This document shows positions 19,627-28,818 of a stretch of DNA of 64,000 bases, piece after piece; within the stretch, counting starts at the first letter, position 1; each line of letters begins with the position of its first letter. The stretch spans positions 32,001-96,000 of the forward strand of contig JBBQRQ010000004.1 of assembly GCA_038214755.1 (NCBI GenBank). Direction: 5' to 3'. Both the position numbers and the translations under genes were made by a program. The notes below the pieces were generated by a model, which saw nothing but the letters and a program-made list of their open reading frames with translations, ran no database searches and was not told where the DNA came from. The stretch comes from Verrucomicrobiota bacterium. GTDB taxonomy: Bacteria > Verrucomicrobiota > Verrucomicrobiia > Limisphaerales > CANJXF01.

Positions 19627-20610
19627 ATGCAACACCTTTTCCGCTGCGGCCTTCTCTGGTTATCTCTCGCATCACTCGTCCTTCAAGCGGCGGAGAAGAC
19701 CTACACCATCGCCGTAATCCCAAAGGGCACGACTCACGAATTCTGGAAATCGATCAATGCCGGCGCGTTCAAAGCGCGAGACGAACTGGCGGAAAAAGGA
19801 ATCAAAGTTGAGGTCATCTGGAAAGGCCCGTTGCGCGAGGATGACCGCGATCAGCAGATTCAAGTCGTCGAAAATTTCACCACGCGCCACGTCAGCGGGA
19901 TCGTTCTCGCCCCGCTGGATTCGCAAGCCTTGGTCCGGCCGGTCAACAACGCGATGCAATCCAAAGTTCCCGTCGTGATCATGGATTCCGGTTTGAAGTC
20001 GGACAAATATGTGAGCTTCGTCGCGACGGATAATTTCAAGGGCGGCCAGTTGGCGGGCCAACAAATGGGGAAGATTCTCAATGGCAAGGGCAATGTCATT
20101 TTGATGCGCTACGCCGTTGGTTCCGCCAGCACGGAAGAACGCGAAGCTGGTTTTCTTGACGCGTTAAAAAAATTTCCAAACATCAAACTGATCTCTTCCG
20201 ACCAACATGCTGGGGCCACCCGCGAGTTGGCCTACGCAGCGTCGCAGAATTTGCTCAATCGTTACGGCCGCGAGGTCGATGGAATTTTTGTTCCGTGCGA
20301 GCCGCCGACGATCGCGATGACGAAGGCATTGCGTGACATCGGACGCGCCGGCGGAAAAGTAAAAGTGATCGGGTTTGACGCCGGTTCGCAGGAAGTGGCC
20401 GATTTGAAAAACGGCGATGTGCAGGCGCTCGTCGTGCAGAATCCGATGAAGATGGGTTACCTCGCCGTGCAGACAATGGTCAAACATTTGCGCGGCGAAA
20501 AAGTAGAAAAGCGAATTGATACCGGCGTTGTCGTCGTCACGAAGGAAAATATGGACACACCGGAAATGAAAGAACTGCTCTATCCGCCCCTCGACAAATA
20601 TCTAAAATAA
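19627..20610 (+). CDS. Sugar ABC transporter substrate-binding protein (RbsB-like)
   Basis: IAVIPKGTTHEFWKSI, VATDNFKGG, GFDAG, QNPMKMGY; start placed at MQHLF. Confidence 0.92.
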   Translation: MQHLFRCGLLWLSLASLVLQAAEKTYTIAVIPKGTTHEFWKSINAGAFKARDELAEKGIKVEVIWKGPLREDDRDQQIQVVENFTTRHVSGIVLAPLDSQALVRPVNNAMQSKVPVVIMDSGLKSDKYVSFVATDNFKGGQLAGQQMGKILNGKGNVILMRYAVGSASTEEREAGFLDALKKFPNIKLISSDQHAGATRELAYAASQNLLNRYGREVDGIFVPCEPPTIAMTKALRDIGRAGGKVKVIGFDAGSQEVADLKNGDVQALVVQNPMKMGYLAVQTMVKHLRGEKVEKRIDTGVVVVTKENMDTPEMKELLYPPLDKYLK

Positions 20611-20611
20611 A

Positions 20612-21589
20612 ATGGCGCTACGGAAGAAGACCAGACTCTGGGCGCTCTTCAATTTGCTGGGGCCGTTTCTCGGCTTGCTGCTGGTCATCGGATTATTTTC
20701 GCTCAACTCGGAAGTGCGGCCATTTTTTCTGAGCGGGGGGAATTTCAAAATCATTTTGACGCAGACGGTCATTGTCGCCATCGGCGCGCTCGGTATGACC
20801 ATGATTATCGTCAGTGGCGGAATTGATCTGAGCGTCGGTTCCGTCGTCGCTCTGACGAGCGTGGTGGGAGCGACGTTGCTCGTAAAAAATTATTCTCCCA
20901 TCACGGCGGCGTTGCTGACCATTTTGGCGGGCGGACTAATTGGACTAATCAATGGCGTTTTGATTTCAGGACTTCGCATGATGCCGTTTATCGTGACGTT
21001 GGGCATGATGGGTGTGGCGCGCGGCTCTGCGAAATGGCTTTCCAATAGTCAGACGGTCAATCCCTCGGAAAATCCGGTCAACAACATCATGGCGTTGTCT
21101 GAGCCGACGAATTTATTGCCGTTGCCCAATGGAGTTTGGATCGCAATTGCTCTGGCAATTTTCCTTGCGCTCATTCTGCGCAAAACTGTTTTTGGCCGAT
21201 ACGTGTTCGCGATGGGTGGAAATGAAATTGCCGCGCGCTATTCCGGCGTTCGTGTTTCGTTGCACAAAACTTTTGTCTATGCGTTCGCCGGAATTTTTTT
21301 TGGCGTGGCCGGCCTGATGCAATTTTCCCGCCTCACGCAGGGCGATCCGAGCGGCGCCAACGGTTTGGAACTGGACATCATTGCCGCGGTCGTGATCGGC
21401 GGGGCGAGTTTGAGCGGTGGCACCGGCAGCGTTCTCGGTTCGATGATCGGCGCGCTCATCATGGCGGTGTTGCGCAACGGCTCCAGCCAGATGGGTTGGC
21501 CCACTTACATGCAGGAAATTATTATCGGTGGAGTCATCGTGCTCGCCGTCGCCCTGGATAAGTTCCGCCAAAAACGCGCCGACAAATAG
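20612..21589 (+). CDS. Sugar ABC transporter permease (RbsC-like)
   Basis: GGIDLSVGS, PFIVTLG, GGNEIAARYSG, ELDIIAAVVIGGASLSGG. Confidence 0.93.
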   Translation: MALRKKTRLWALFNLLGPFLGLLLVIGLFSLNSEVRPFFLSGGNFKIILTQTVIVAIGALGMTMIIVSGGIDLSVGSVVALTSVVGATLLVKNYSPITAALLTILAGGLIGLINGVLISGLRMMPFIVTLGMMGVARGSAKWLSNSQTVNPSENPVNNIMALSEPTNLLPLPNGVWIAIALAIFLALILRKTVFGRYVFAMGGNEIAARYSGVRVSLHKTFVYAFAGIFFGVAGLMQFSRLTQGDPSGANGLELDIIAAVVIGGASLSGGTGSVLGSMIGALIMAVLRNGSSQMGWPTYMQEIIIGGVIVLAVALDKFRQKRADK

Positions 21590-21620
21590 CTTGAGGGTGA
21601 TTCGAACTGGCGGTCAAAAT

Positions 21621-21769
21621 GTAGCGCAGGATTGCATCCTGCCGTATCGCAGGTTTTCCATTTGCGAGGGCCGCCAGAACACAAGACTTTTGGAAACCTG
21701 AAGACTCTCTCTTTGCGACGGTCAGCCGGTTTCAAACCGGCGATACGGCAGGATGCAATCCTGCGCTAC
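21621..21769. repeat. REP-like pair, family B (GTAGCGCAGGATTGCATCCTGCCGTATCGC)
   Basis: Long inverted pair; relatives at 23525-23815 and 48351-48483. Confidence 0.85.
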
Positions 21770-21819
21770 ATAGCCCGCTCGATTATTGACGAATCGTTTT
21801 GACCGGTTAAAATTTTTCC

Positions 21820-22383
21820 ATGCAGGCCGCGCCATCAGCACCGTCCGTTTTGTTGACTGCGGATGATTATTTTCTGATGCCGGACACCGGACCGCGCTAC
21901 CAACTCATCGAAGGCGAACTTATTATGGCCCCAGCCCCCAATCGTTTTCATCAGGATATTTCCAGAAACCTTGAATTCATCCTGCTGAAATATCTGGAGA
22001 AAAATCCAATCGGCACACTCTACGATGCGCCGTTCGATGTCGTTCTCAATGAGATCAACGTTTTTCAACCGGACATCCTGTTTGTAGCGAATGAACAAAA
22101 ATTTATTTTTACGAAGCAAGGAGTTGAAGGGGCACCAAATCTGGTGGTTGAAATTCTTTCGGACAGCACCGCGCGCCTCGATAAAATTGCGAAGAAGAAA
22201 GTTTATACCGACACCGGAGTTGCCGAACTCTGGATGATCAATCCGGCCACTGAGACGATTGAGATTTATTTCCTGCAAAAAGATGCGGAACGTCCGGCTG
22301 CGACGCACCAAGCAAAGGATGTTTTTAGTTCCCCAACTTTTCCCGGACTGAAAATTAAAGCTGCCAAAATTTTCCAACAATAG
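21820..22383 (+). CDS. Uma2 family (PD-(D/E)xK) endonuclease
   Basis: [32 protein letters not shown]. Confidence 0.92.
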   Translation: MQAAPSAPSVLLTADDYFLMPDTGPRYQLIEGELIMAPAPNRFHQDISRNLEFILLKYLEKNPIGTLYDAPFDVVLNEINVFQPDILFVANEQKFIFTKQGVEGAPNLVVEILSDSTARLDKIAKKKVYTDTGVAELWMINPATETIEIYFLQKDAERPAATHQAKDVFSSPTFPGLKIKAAKIFQQ

Positions 22384-22405
22384 CCCGTATTCAAAAAACA
22401 AAATT

Positions 22406-23296
22406 ATGTCACACGTCATTTCACCCGTCGAATCCAAGCCGCTCGAAAGCCTCGATCATTGGGAGGATTTCATGAAGGAGCGATATCCCGAAAACGCCGC
22501 GCTCGTCGGAACCAATCCAAATAAAAAGGAGGAGCAGTTTCGCGACTACGAAAAAACCGCCCGACCGACGGTGCGCGAATTTTATCGGCTGAATCATCGC
22601 TACCAAACTTTCGACTTTGTTCAGGAGAAGCGCCGTGAGTTTCTTGCCCAAAACCGCCGGGAGATGAGCATCTGGGAAGCGCTCGAATTTTTAAACACGC
22701 TGGTGGACGACAGCGATCCCGACACTGACCTGTCGCAACTCGAGCACCTTCTCCAAACCGCCGAGCAGATTCGCAAAGACGGTCATCCGCGCTGGTTTAT
22801 TTTGACCGGCCTGATTCACGATATTGGAAAAATTTTATGTCTCTTTGGTGAACCGCAGTGGGCGGTGGTCGGCGATACTTTTCCCGTTGGTTGCGCTTAC
22901 TCGGACAAAATTGTTTTTCACAAGTTTTTTGCGGATAACCCAGACAGCAAAAATCCGAAATATCAAACGCGGCTCGGCATTTACGAGGAGAATAAAGGAT
23001 TGGACAGCGTGACGATGTCATGGGGCCACGACGAATATCTCTATCATGTGACGAAAGATTATTTGCCCGAAGAGGCGCTTTACATGATTCGTTATCATTC
23101 CTTTTATCCAGCGCATCGTGATGGCGCGTATTCGTATTTGATGAATGAGCAGGACCGCAAAATGTTCGATTGGGTGCGGAAATTTAATCCCTACGATCTC
23201 TACACCAAGAGCCATACGCGCCCGAATTTGAAGGAGCTTCGCCCGTTCTACGACGATCTCATCAACGAATATTTTCCGCCGGTCTTGAAATGGTAA
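22406..23296 (+). CDS. myo-Inositol oxygenase (MIOX)
   Basis: [53 protein letters not shown]. Confidence 0.93.
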   Translation: MSHVISPVESKPLESLDHWEDFMKERYPENAALVGTNPNKKEEQFRDYEKTARPTVREFYRLNHRYQTFDFVQEKRREFLAQNRREMSIWEALEFLNTLVDDSDPDTDLSQLEHLLQTAEQIRKDGHPRWFILTGLIHDIGKILCLFGEPQWAVVGDTFPVGCAYSDKIVFHKFFADNPDSKNPKYQTRLGIYEENKGLDSVTMSWGHDEYLYHVTKDYLPEEALYMIRYHSFYPAHRDGAYSYLMNEQDRKMFDWVRKFNPYDLYTKSHTRPNLKELRPFYDDLINEYFPPVLKW

Positions 23297-23598
23297 AAGC
23301 GAAATTGCAACAAGGTCAGACGTGGAAGCGCGGTCAACAATACCTTCGCATCACCCGGCTTGAACGGCTCGCCGTCGAATACAAAGTCATCAGCGACCTC
23401 GCCACCAGACACGGAGCGCACCACAAAGCCACGAAGAAAGAATTTTGTTGTTTGATAAAAAACGCCGAGTTGCTTCCAGCAAAACAAGTCATCTCTCTTG
23501 AAACATCGCCCGTGGAAACCCAGCGTAGCGCAGCTTTGCAAGCTGCTGTATCGCCGGTTTGCAACCGGCAGGACGTCGCGACATCGGGTGTGATTTAA
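23290..23598 (+). CDS. Small hypothetical protein; C-terminus runs into REP/MITE DNA
   Basis: Overlaps MIOX stop; globular-looking N-terminal ~65 aa. Confidence 0.55.
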   Translation: MVKAKLQQGQTWKRGQQYLRITRLERLAVEYKVISDLATRHGAHHKATKKEFCCLIKNAELLPAKQVISLETSPVETQRSAALQAAVSPVCNRQDVATSGVI

Positions 23599-23759
23599 AC
23601 TGGTGGTCACAACCGGTGCCATGGAAAGCGGCGGAGGGCCGCCGCACTCCAAGACGCTCGCGCGAATTTCAAGGTCAACTGTGTATGAACGGCGCGAAGC
23701 GTCTTGGAGTGCGCCAGTCCTCTGGCGCTTTTGTTTGACCGCCAGTTTAAATCACACCC
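23586..23759. mobile_element. 174-bp MITE with 24-bp TIRs and 9-bp TSD
   Basis: TIR GGGTGTGATTTAAACTGG(T/C)GGTCA matches 23/24; CGCGACATC at 23577-23585 and 23760-23768. Confidence 0.9.
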
Positions 23760-23886
23760 CGCGACATCCAGCGGGTTGCAAACCCGCGATACAGCAGGTT
23801 AAAAACTGGCGCTACGACACCGATTTGCGCGGCGCGCGACAAGCGCAAATAGTTTTTTCACGACGAACAATTATTTTTTTAAAATC

Positions 23887-24612
23887 ATGAAATTAAAATC
23901 CAGTTCCTCCAAACATCTCGCCAGACCCGGCTTTCGTTTCGTTGCGCCTGCGTTCTTTCTCTATCTGTCACTTGTCGCTCCGCTGCTGGCCGGCGAAAAA
24001 TATCTTTCGCCCAATCATCCCGACGGCGTGGCGCTGCTCGCGCCTCCGCCCCTCGCCGAATCCTCCGAGCAAGCGGCTGATCTCGCTTCGGCGCGATCCG
24101 TTTTTAAATACCGAACGCCAGCGGAAGAGACGCGGGCGTTTCAAGACGCTAGTCTTTCCATTTTTTCTTTTGCGCCAGCCATTGGGCCGATTTTTCAGCC
24201 GGGCAAACTGCCGAAGGCCGAAGCGTTTTTTGAGAGAGTGAAAACGGAAATCAAAGACGCGGTGAACACGCCCAAAGAATATTGGAAACGTCCGCGCCCC
24301 TATGAAAAAGATAAAAAATTATCGCTCGGAAAACCGGAAAACAGTTTCAGTTATCCGAGCGGCCACTCGACTCGGGGGACGGTTCAAGCACTGTTGCTCG
24401 CGGAATTATTTCCAGAAAAACGCGAGGCCATTCTCGAAGTCGGCCGCAATATTGGATGGGACCGGGTGCTGATTGGGAAACATTATCCAACGGACATTTA
24501 TGCCGGACGAGTTTTGGGAAAAGCCATCGTGCGTGAGTTGATGGCCAATCCAGATTTTCAACACGACCTCGCGGAAGTGAAAGCGGAAGTGGGGGCGGCG
24601 GAAAAACTTTAA
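23887..24612 (+). CDS. Class A non-specific acid phosphatase (PAP2 family), exported
   Basis: KEYWKRPRP, SYPSGH, RVLIGKHYPTD. Confidence 0.92.
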   Translation: MKLKSSSSKHLARPGFRFVAPAFFLYLSLVAPLLAGEKYLSPNHPDGVALLAPPPLAESSEQAADLASARSVFKYRTPAEETRAFQDASLSIFSFAPAIGPIFQPGKLPKAEAFFERVKTEIKDAVNTPKEYWKRPRPYEKDKKLSLGKPENSFSYPSGHSTRGTVQALLLAELFPEKREAILEVGRNIGWDRVLIGKHYPTDIYAGRVLGKAIVRELMANPDFQHDLAEVKAEVGAAEKL

Positions 24613-24628
24613 TGCGCCCGGTCTTCGT

Positions 24629-24719
24629 GGGTAGCATCTGCCTCCGGCGGGTGCGAAATCACCTTTTTATTTTTCAGGAAAATAATTCTCCACGCACCCG
24701 CCGGAGGCAGATGCTACCC
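24629..24719. repeat. REP-like pair, family D (GGGTAGCATCTGCCTCCGGCGGGTGCG)
   Basis: Inverted pair between convergent genes; solo copy at 12473-12500. Confidence 0.85.
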
Positions 24720-24743
24720 GGTGATAATTTTCCGAGCTGAATT

Positions 24744-27413
24744 CTACCGGATTTTTAACAACTCCGCTTCCGTCCATGCTTCGTTGCGGCCCGTCGTAGC
24801 GTCGCGAACTTTTTTGACAGTGGCCGCATCCACCGGTGATGCGCCGTGCTCCCATTCGCGGCGGATGTAGGTCAGCAGTGACGCGATTTGTTCATCATCA
24901 AAAACAGCTAGTGACGGCATTTCCATTTCGTAGCTTTTTCCTTTCACATCGATTTTGCCACGCAATCCATGGAGGATGATTCGGGCGATTCGTTCAGACG
25001 GACCCAACACCCATTCGGAATCAGCCAGCGGCGGGGCAAGGCCTTCCATGCCTAACCCAGTCAGTTGATGGCAAGCGGCGCAACTGGCCGCGTAGAGATC
25101 TCGTCCTGCGGTAAATTGTTTTTCCTGTTCCGCAGTGAGCGGGAGAATTTTCGGGGGAGGGATGTAACCCGGTTGCCCAGGCCAGGTGACCAGAGTGGAA
25201 ATTTTTTCCAACCGCTCCGACAATTCCTTGTTTTGAATTTTGCGAAGCGCGGCGAAACCCATTGGCTCGGAAATAAAATACAATTGTTTTTGCGCGGGCG
25301 ACGCTTTCTTGCCTTTGGCAACGGGTGTTCCTGTGGAAATAATTCCGTCCAGCAACGCGGCTTGTTGCCAGGCGGAGGCGGTTGCGGCCCACTCGAACAC
25401 GCGATTGACCCGGTTGGTTTTGCGTTCGTAAAAAATACATTGCGCCAACCCGCTCAAAAATTCCGCGCGCCCGGGTTTCTTTTCATTCCAGTTTTTGTCG
25501 GCCAATAATTTTTCCAAAAATTCCAGTTCGCGTTTGTAAAGTCCGGTCAGCACCGCATCGCGAACATAAATATTGGCGGGGGAATTTTTCGCAATTGCCA
25601 ACATTCCTTGCTCCGCTTTCCAATCGGCAATTTCTCCCAGCGTGAAGGCGAGTTGCAGTTGAACATCGGGATTTAAATCGGAGCTTGTCATCGCAATGAA
25701 AAACTTCAGGAATTTCTGCGCGTCTGCGGACTTGAAAAACGGTTCGGACAAGCGAATGGCCATGGCGCGAACTTTTGCGTCAGGATTTTCGAAAACTTGG
25801 AACAATGTTTTCTCATCCAGTTGCCCTATCCCGTCCAGACTCCAAAGCGCGTGGATTGAGCCGAGGGCCCTTGTCTGGATCCCCAGCGCGGTTGCGCCAG
25901 CTCCACTTCCCACGGTGCCATTAGTCGCCATATTCCTGAGCAGAGGAATTGTTTTGGCCTCGCTCCGTTCGACGAGCAAACGTTGCGCCGTGTCACGCAC
26001 CCAGCCGTTCGGATGGGAAAGATTTCCAACCAATTCAGCGGAAGTTATTTTTGCGAGGTTGATTGGCTTCGGCGATTTGCCATCCGCAATTACGCGATAG
26101 ATGCGCCCCAAACCAATCGGCGCTTGCAAACCGCGCGACTCGGATTGCGCGCGCAAATACGAGGTGAGGAAAATGCGATGCTGCAAAATTCCGCGATACA
26201 GATCGACGATGTAGAGCGCGCCATCGGGAGCGTTGTTTAAATTTACGGGGCGAAATCGTTCGTCGGTGGACGCGAGAAATTCGGCGTTGGTGTAAGCCTG
26301 ACGGCCAGTGACCACTCCATTTTCGTCCTTCAAAATATTTCGCTTGATCAGATTGGCGGACGGTTCGCAAACGAAAGCGTTGCCTCTAAATTCCGCCGGG
26401 AAATTGTCGCCGCGATAAATCAAGGGCGCGCAGGCTGCGGTAAATTTTTCCAGAGTTCCGTCGCGCCGCAAAATTCCCTCGCGATAACCGCGATTGACTC
26501 CGGGCGTGACGCGAATGGGCCACGTCGTCTGATTTTTGATGGGGTCCACATTCAGTCCCGCTGGGTTGCGGCAATTCGGATTGCGCCGCAAATAATAGGA
26601 AGGCACGAGGTCCATGCGGAACTGGTCGCTGTTGGAATTGTAAACGATGCGTCCGTGATCATCCTGCGAAATTCCCCACTGCCCGCGAAAGGTGGTCGGC
26701 TCGCGACGCCATTCGCCATCCTCGTTGCGAAATCGTATCGTGGTGTCAGCGCTATAAATCCAATTGTCCAGCGCCCACATCAAACCATTCGCGGTGTGCT
26801 CGGGACTTTTCGTATCGCCATAATCTTTTGCGACCTCGATTTTTTCGTCCGACTTTCCATCGCCGTTGGTGTCGCGACAGAACCAGAGGTGCGGCGGCTC
26901 GGCGACGAGCAACCCATCGCGGACGAGTGCGAATGCTCGCGGCATAACCAGGCCATCGAGAAAAACGGTGCGCTTGTCCATTTTTCCATCGTGGTCGGTG
27001 TCTTCGAGCACGGCGATTTTTCCGACGGGTTGGTCTTCGCCTTTACCATCGGCGTTGGGCATGTAGCCGCTCATTTCGACGACCCAAATTTTCCCGTCAG
27101 GCGCGAACGTGAGGGCTACTGGATCGTGGACGAGCGGGTCGCTTGCCACAATTTCGATGCGAAACCCGGGGGCGAGCTTGAATGATTTGAGCGCTTGCTC
27201 CGCTGTCAAAACGGGCGCGGGTGGAATTTTCTCCGGCGGGACGGGAGCGATCTGTTGTTCCTTGGAGCCACTGGGGTCTTTCTTGTCGCCATTTTGGGCG
27301 GCCAGATTTAACGCAAAGAAAAGCGCAGCCAGAAAATAAAAAACGGTTGGAGAGATTCTGGCGGCGAAGTGATGGGTAAAAATTCTGGTGTCAGCAGAGG
27401 AAGGTTTCTCCAT
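24744..27413 (-). CDS. PVC-type dehydrogenase-like beta-propeller protein with HEAT repeats and c-type cytochrome domain
   Basis: GFRIEIVASDPLV, DTDHDGKMD, STDERFRPV, CAACH...GLAPPL, MPSL. Confidence 0.87.
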   Translation of the reverse strand: MEKPSSADTRIFTHHFAARISPTVFYFLAALFFALNLAAQNGDKKDPSGSKEQQIAPVPPEKIPPAPVLTAEQALKSFKLAPGFRIEIVASDPLVHDPVALTFAPDGKIWVVEMSGYMPNADGKGEDQPVGKIAVLEDTDHDGKMDKRTVFLDGLVMPRAFALVRDGLLVAEPPHLWFCRDTNGDGKSDEKIEVAKDYGDTKSPEHTANGLMWALDNWIYSADTTIRFRNEDGEWRREPTTFRGQWGISQDDHGRIVYNSNSDQFRMDLVPSYYLRRNPNCRNPAGLNVDPIKNQTTWPIRVTPGVNRGYREGILRRDGTLEKFTAACAPLIYRGDNFPAEFRGNAFVCEPSANLIKRNILKDENGVVTGRQAYTNAEFLASTDERFRPVNLNNAPDGALYIVDLYRGILQHRIFLTSYLRAQSESRGLQAPIGLGRIYRVIADGKSPKPINLAKITSAELVGNLSHPNGWVRDTAQRLLVERSEAKTIPLLRNMATNGTVGSGAGATALGIQTRALGSIHALWSLDGIGQLDEKTLFQVFENPDAKVRAMAIRLSEPFFKSADAQKFLKFFIAMTSSDLNPDVQLQLAFTLGEIADWKAEQGMLAIAKNSPANIYVRDAVLTGLYKRELEFLEKLLADKNWNEKKPGRAEFLSGLAQCIFYERKTNRVNRVFEWAATASAWQQAALLDGIISTGTPVAKGKKASPAQKQLYFISEPMGFAALRKIQNKELSERLEKISTLVTWPGQPGYIPPPKILPLTAEQEKQFTAGRDLYAASCAACHQLTGLGMEGLAPPLADSEWVLGPSERIARIILHGLRGKIDVKGKSYEMEMPSLAVFDDEQIASLLTYIRREWEHGASPVDAATVKKVRDATTGRNEAWTEAELLKIR

Positions 27414-27749
27414 AAGGAATTAATTCTACTGGTTGTCTGCGTTTTTTTGCGGCGGCGACATTGTTGAAAGATCGCAGTGCGAATCTATAAAAATAAACAG
27501 AGTGAGAAGAGCTTGCCAAGTGTTTCCGCTTGCGGCATCGCCACGATTGGATGCGCTTGATGATCGAAGCGATCCGGACGCGTGGCCTGCAAATTTTTGC
27601 GGCCCTCCAGTAAATGAGCATTTTCGTCTGCATTTAATACATTGGTCTTTTGACGGGGGAATCGAAAAGAAGCCCGGTTGCCCGTGGCAGAGGAGTTGCT
27701 GATTAGAAAACAGACTTGAGTTGTTCGCTTCATTCGAACGGTCACAAGC

Positions 27750-28199
27750 ATGAAGATAAAAAACATAAGTCAAAAACGACTTGGTGAGCTGGAAGGCTTC
27801 ACCCTCCTGGAGGTCTTGGTTTCATTTCTTATCGCAGGGATAGCTATTGGGGGAATTATCAAGGGCTATAGCCTGGCCTCTCGTCGCGCGGAATGGTCGG
27901 CCTATTCGTTGGCTGCTCAAGCAATGGCGGTTAAAGGAATGGAGCAGGTGGTCGCCGCACCGTGGGTTCCTCAATACAATATTGACCAACTGGTTAGCAG
28001 CAATTTTCCGCCTCGGGTTGAATACCTTTGCTTGCCCACTCAACAAACCAATCTGGTCAATGGCACCAACATTACGGTCATCAGCACCTTCTCTACTTCT
28101 CCTTTGATGAAAATGGTGCGGGTGGACTGTGTCTGGACGTTCCTGGACAACCGAATGTTTACCAATAGTGTAGCGACTATCCGGGCGCCTAATTTATGA
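27750..28199 (+). CDS. Prepilin-type N-terminal cleavage/methylation protein (PilV-like)
   Basis: GFTLLEVLVS with Glu at +5 and a hydrophobic helix. Confidence 0.85.
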   Translation: MKIKNISQKRLGELEGFTLLEVLVSFLIAGIAIGGIIKGYSLASRRAEWSAYSLAAQAMAVKGMEQVVAAPWVPQYNIDQLVSSNFPPRVEYLCLPTQQTNLVNGTNITVISTFSTSPLMKMVRVDCVWTFLDNRMFTNSVATIRAPNL

Positions 28200-28810
28200 G
28201 ATGCAGCGTCACTTCGAGAGGAATGTTCCCAGGACGACGTGCTTTCACCTTGCTTGAGATCATGGTGGTAATGACGACGTCGTTACTTCTTATCGGGGCA
28301 GTGTTAGGGAGTCATATCTACGGATTGAGAATGTCCGCCAGGATACAGGTTAAGTTAAGCGCGAGTGACGATGCGCGAGAGACCTTAAGCAAGCTGTTGC
28401 AAGATATTCGTTCGGCCCGGAGCTTGCGGATCGGAAGTGGAAGCTGGAGCAGTTTTACCGATGTGGCGGCCAACACGAATCAAGTGGGGAACGCGCTCCA
28501 GATTTATCCCACTGTAGATACGAACAGTTGGATTCGATACTATTATGATCCATCGGACAACACGCTCAAGCGGTCAGTCAATGGAGGCAGCGCAACACTG
28601 GTGACGGCCAACTCGGTCACTAACGATTATATTATCTTCACGGAACAGGATTTTGCCGGGAGGACTTTAACCAACCGAACCCCCATTGGAGTCATCGAAG
28701 TGAACCTGTCGTTTACGAAATTAAAGGATCCGCAGGTGCAGATTGGGCCGGGCAATTACTTCGATTTCTATCAGATCCAAACCAGAATTACTCCACGGGT
28801 CAAATTATAA
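28196..28810 (+). CDS. Prepilin-type protein (PilW-like)
   Basis: RRAFTLLEIMVV; 4-nt overlap with the previous gene. Confidence 0.85.
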   Translation: MRCSVTSRGMFPGRRAFTLLEIMVVMTTSLLLIGAVLGSHIYGLRMSARIQVKLSASDDARETLSKLLQDIRSARSLRIGSGSWSSFTDVAANTNQVGNALQIYPTVDTNSWIRYYYDPSDNTLKRSVNGGSATLVTANSVTNDYIIFTEQDFAGRTLTNRTPIGVIEVNLSFTKLKDPQVQIGPGNYFDFYQIQTRITPRVKL

Positions 28811-28818
28811 GCATCATC

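Noticed and set aside
25862..25925. Possible repeat-derived insert (GTVGSGAGATALGIQ) in the second dehydrogenase gene
   Set aside because: No palindrome and no match to any repeat family in the window.
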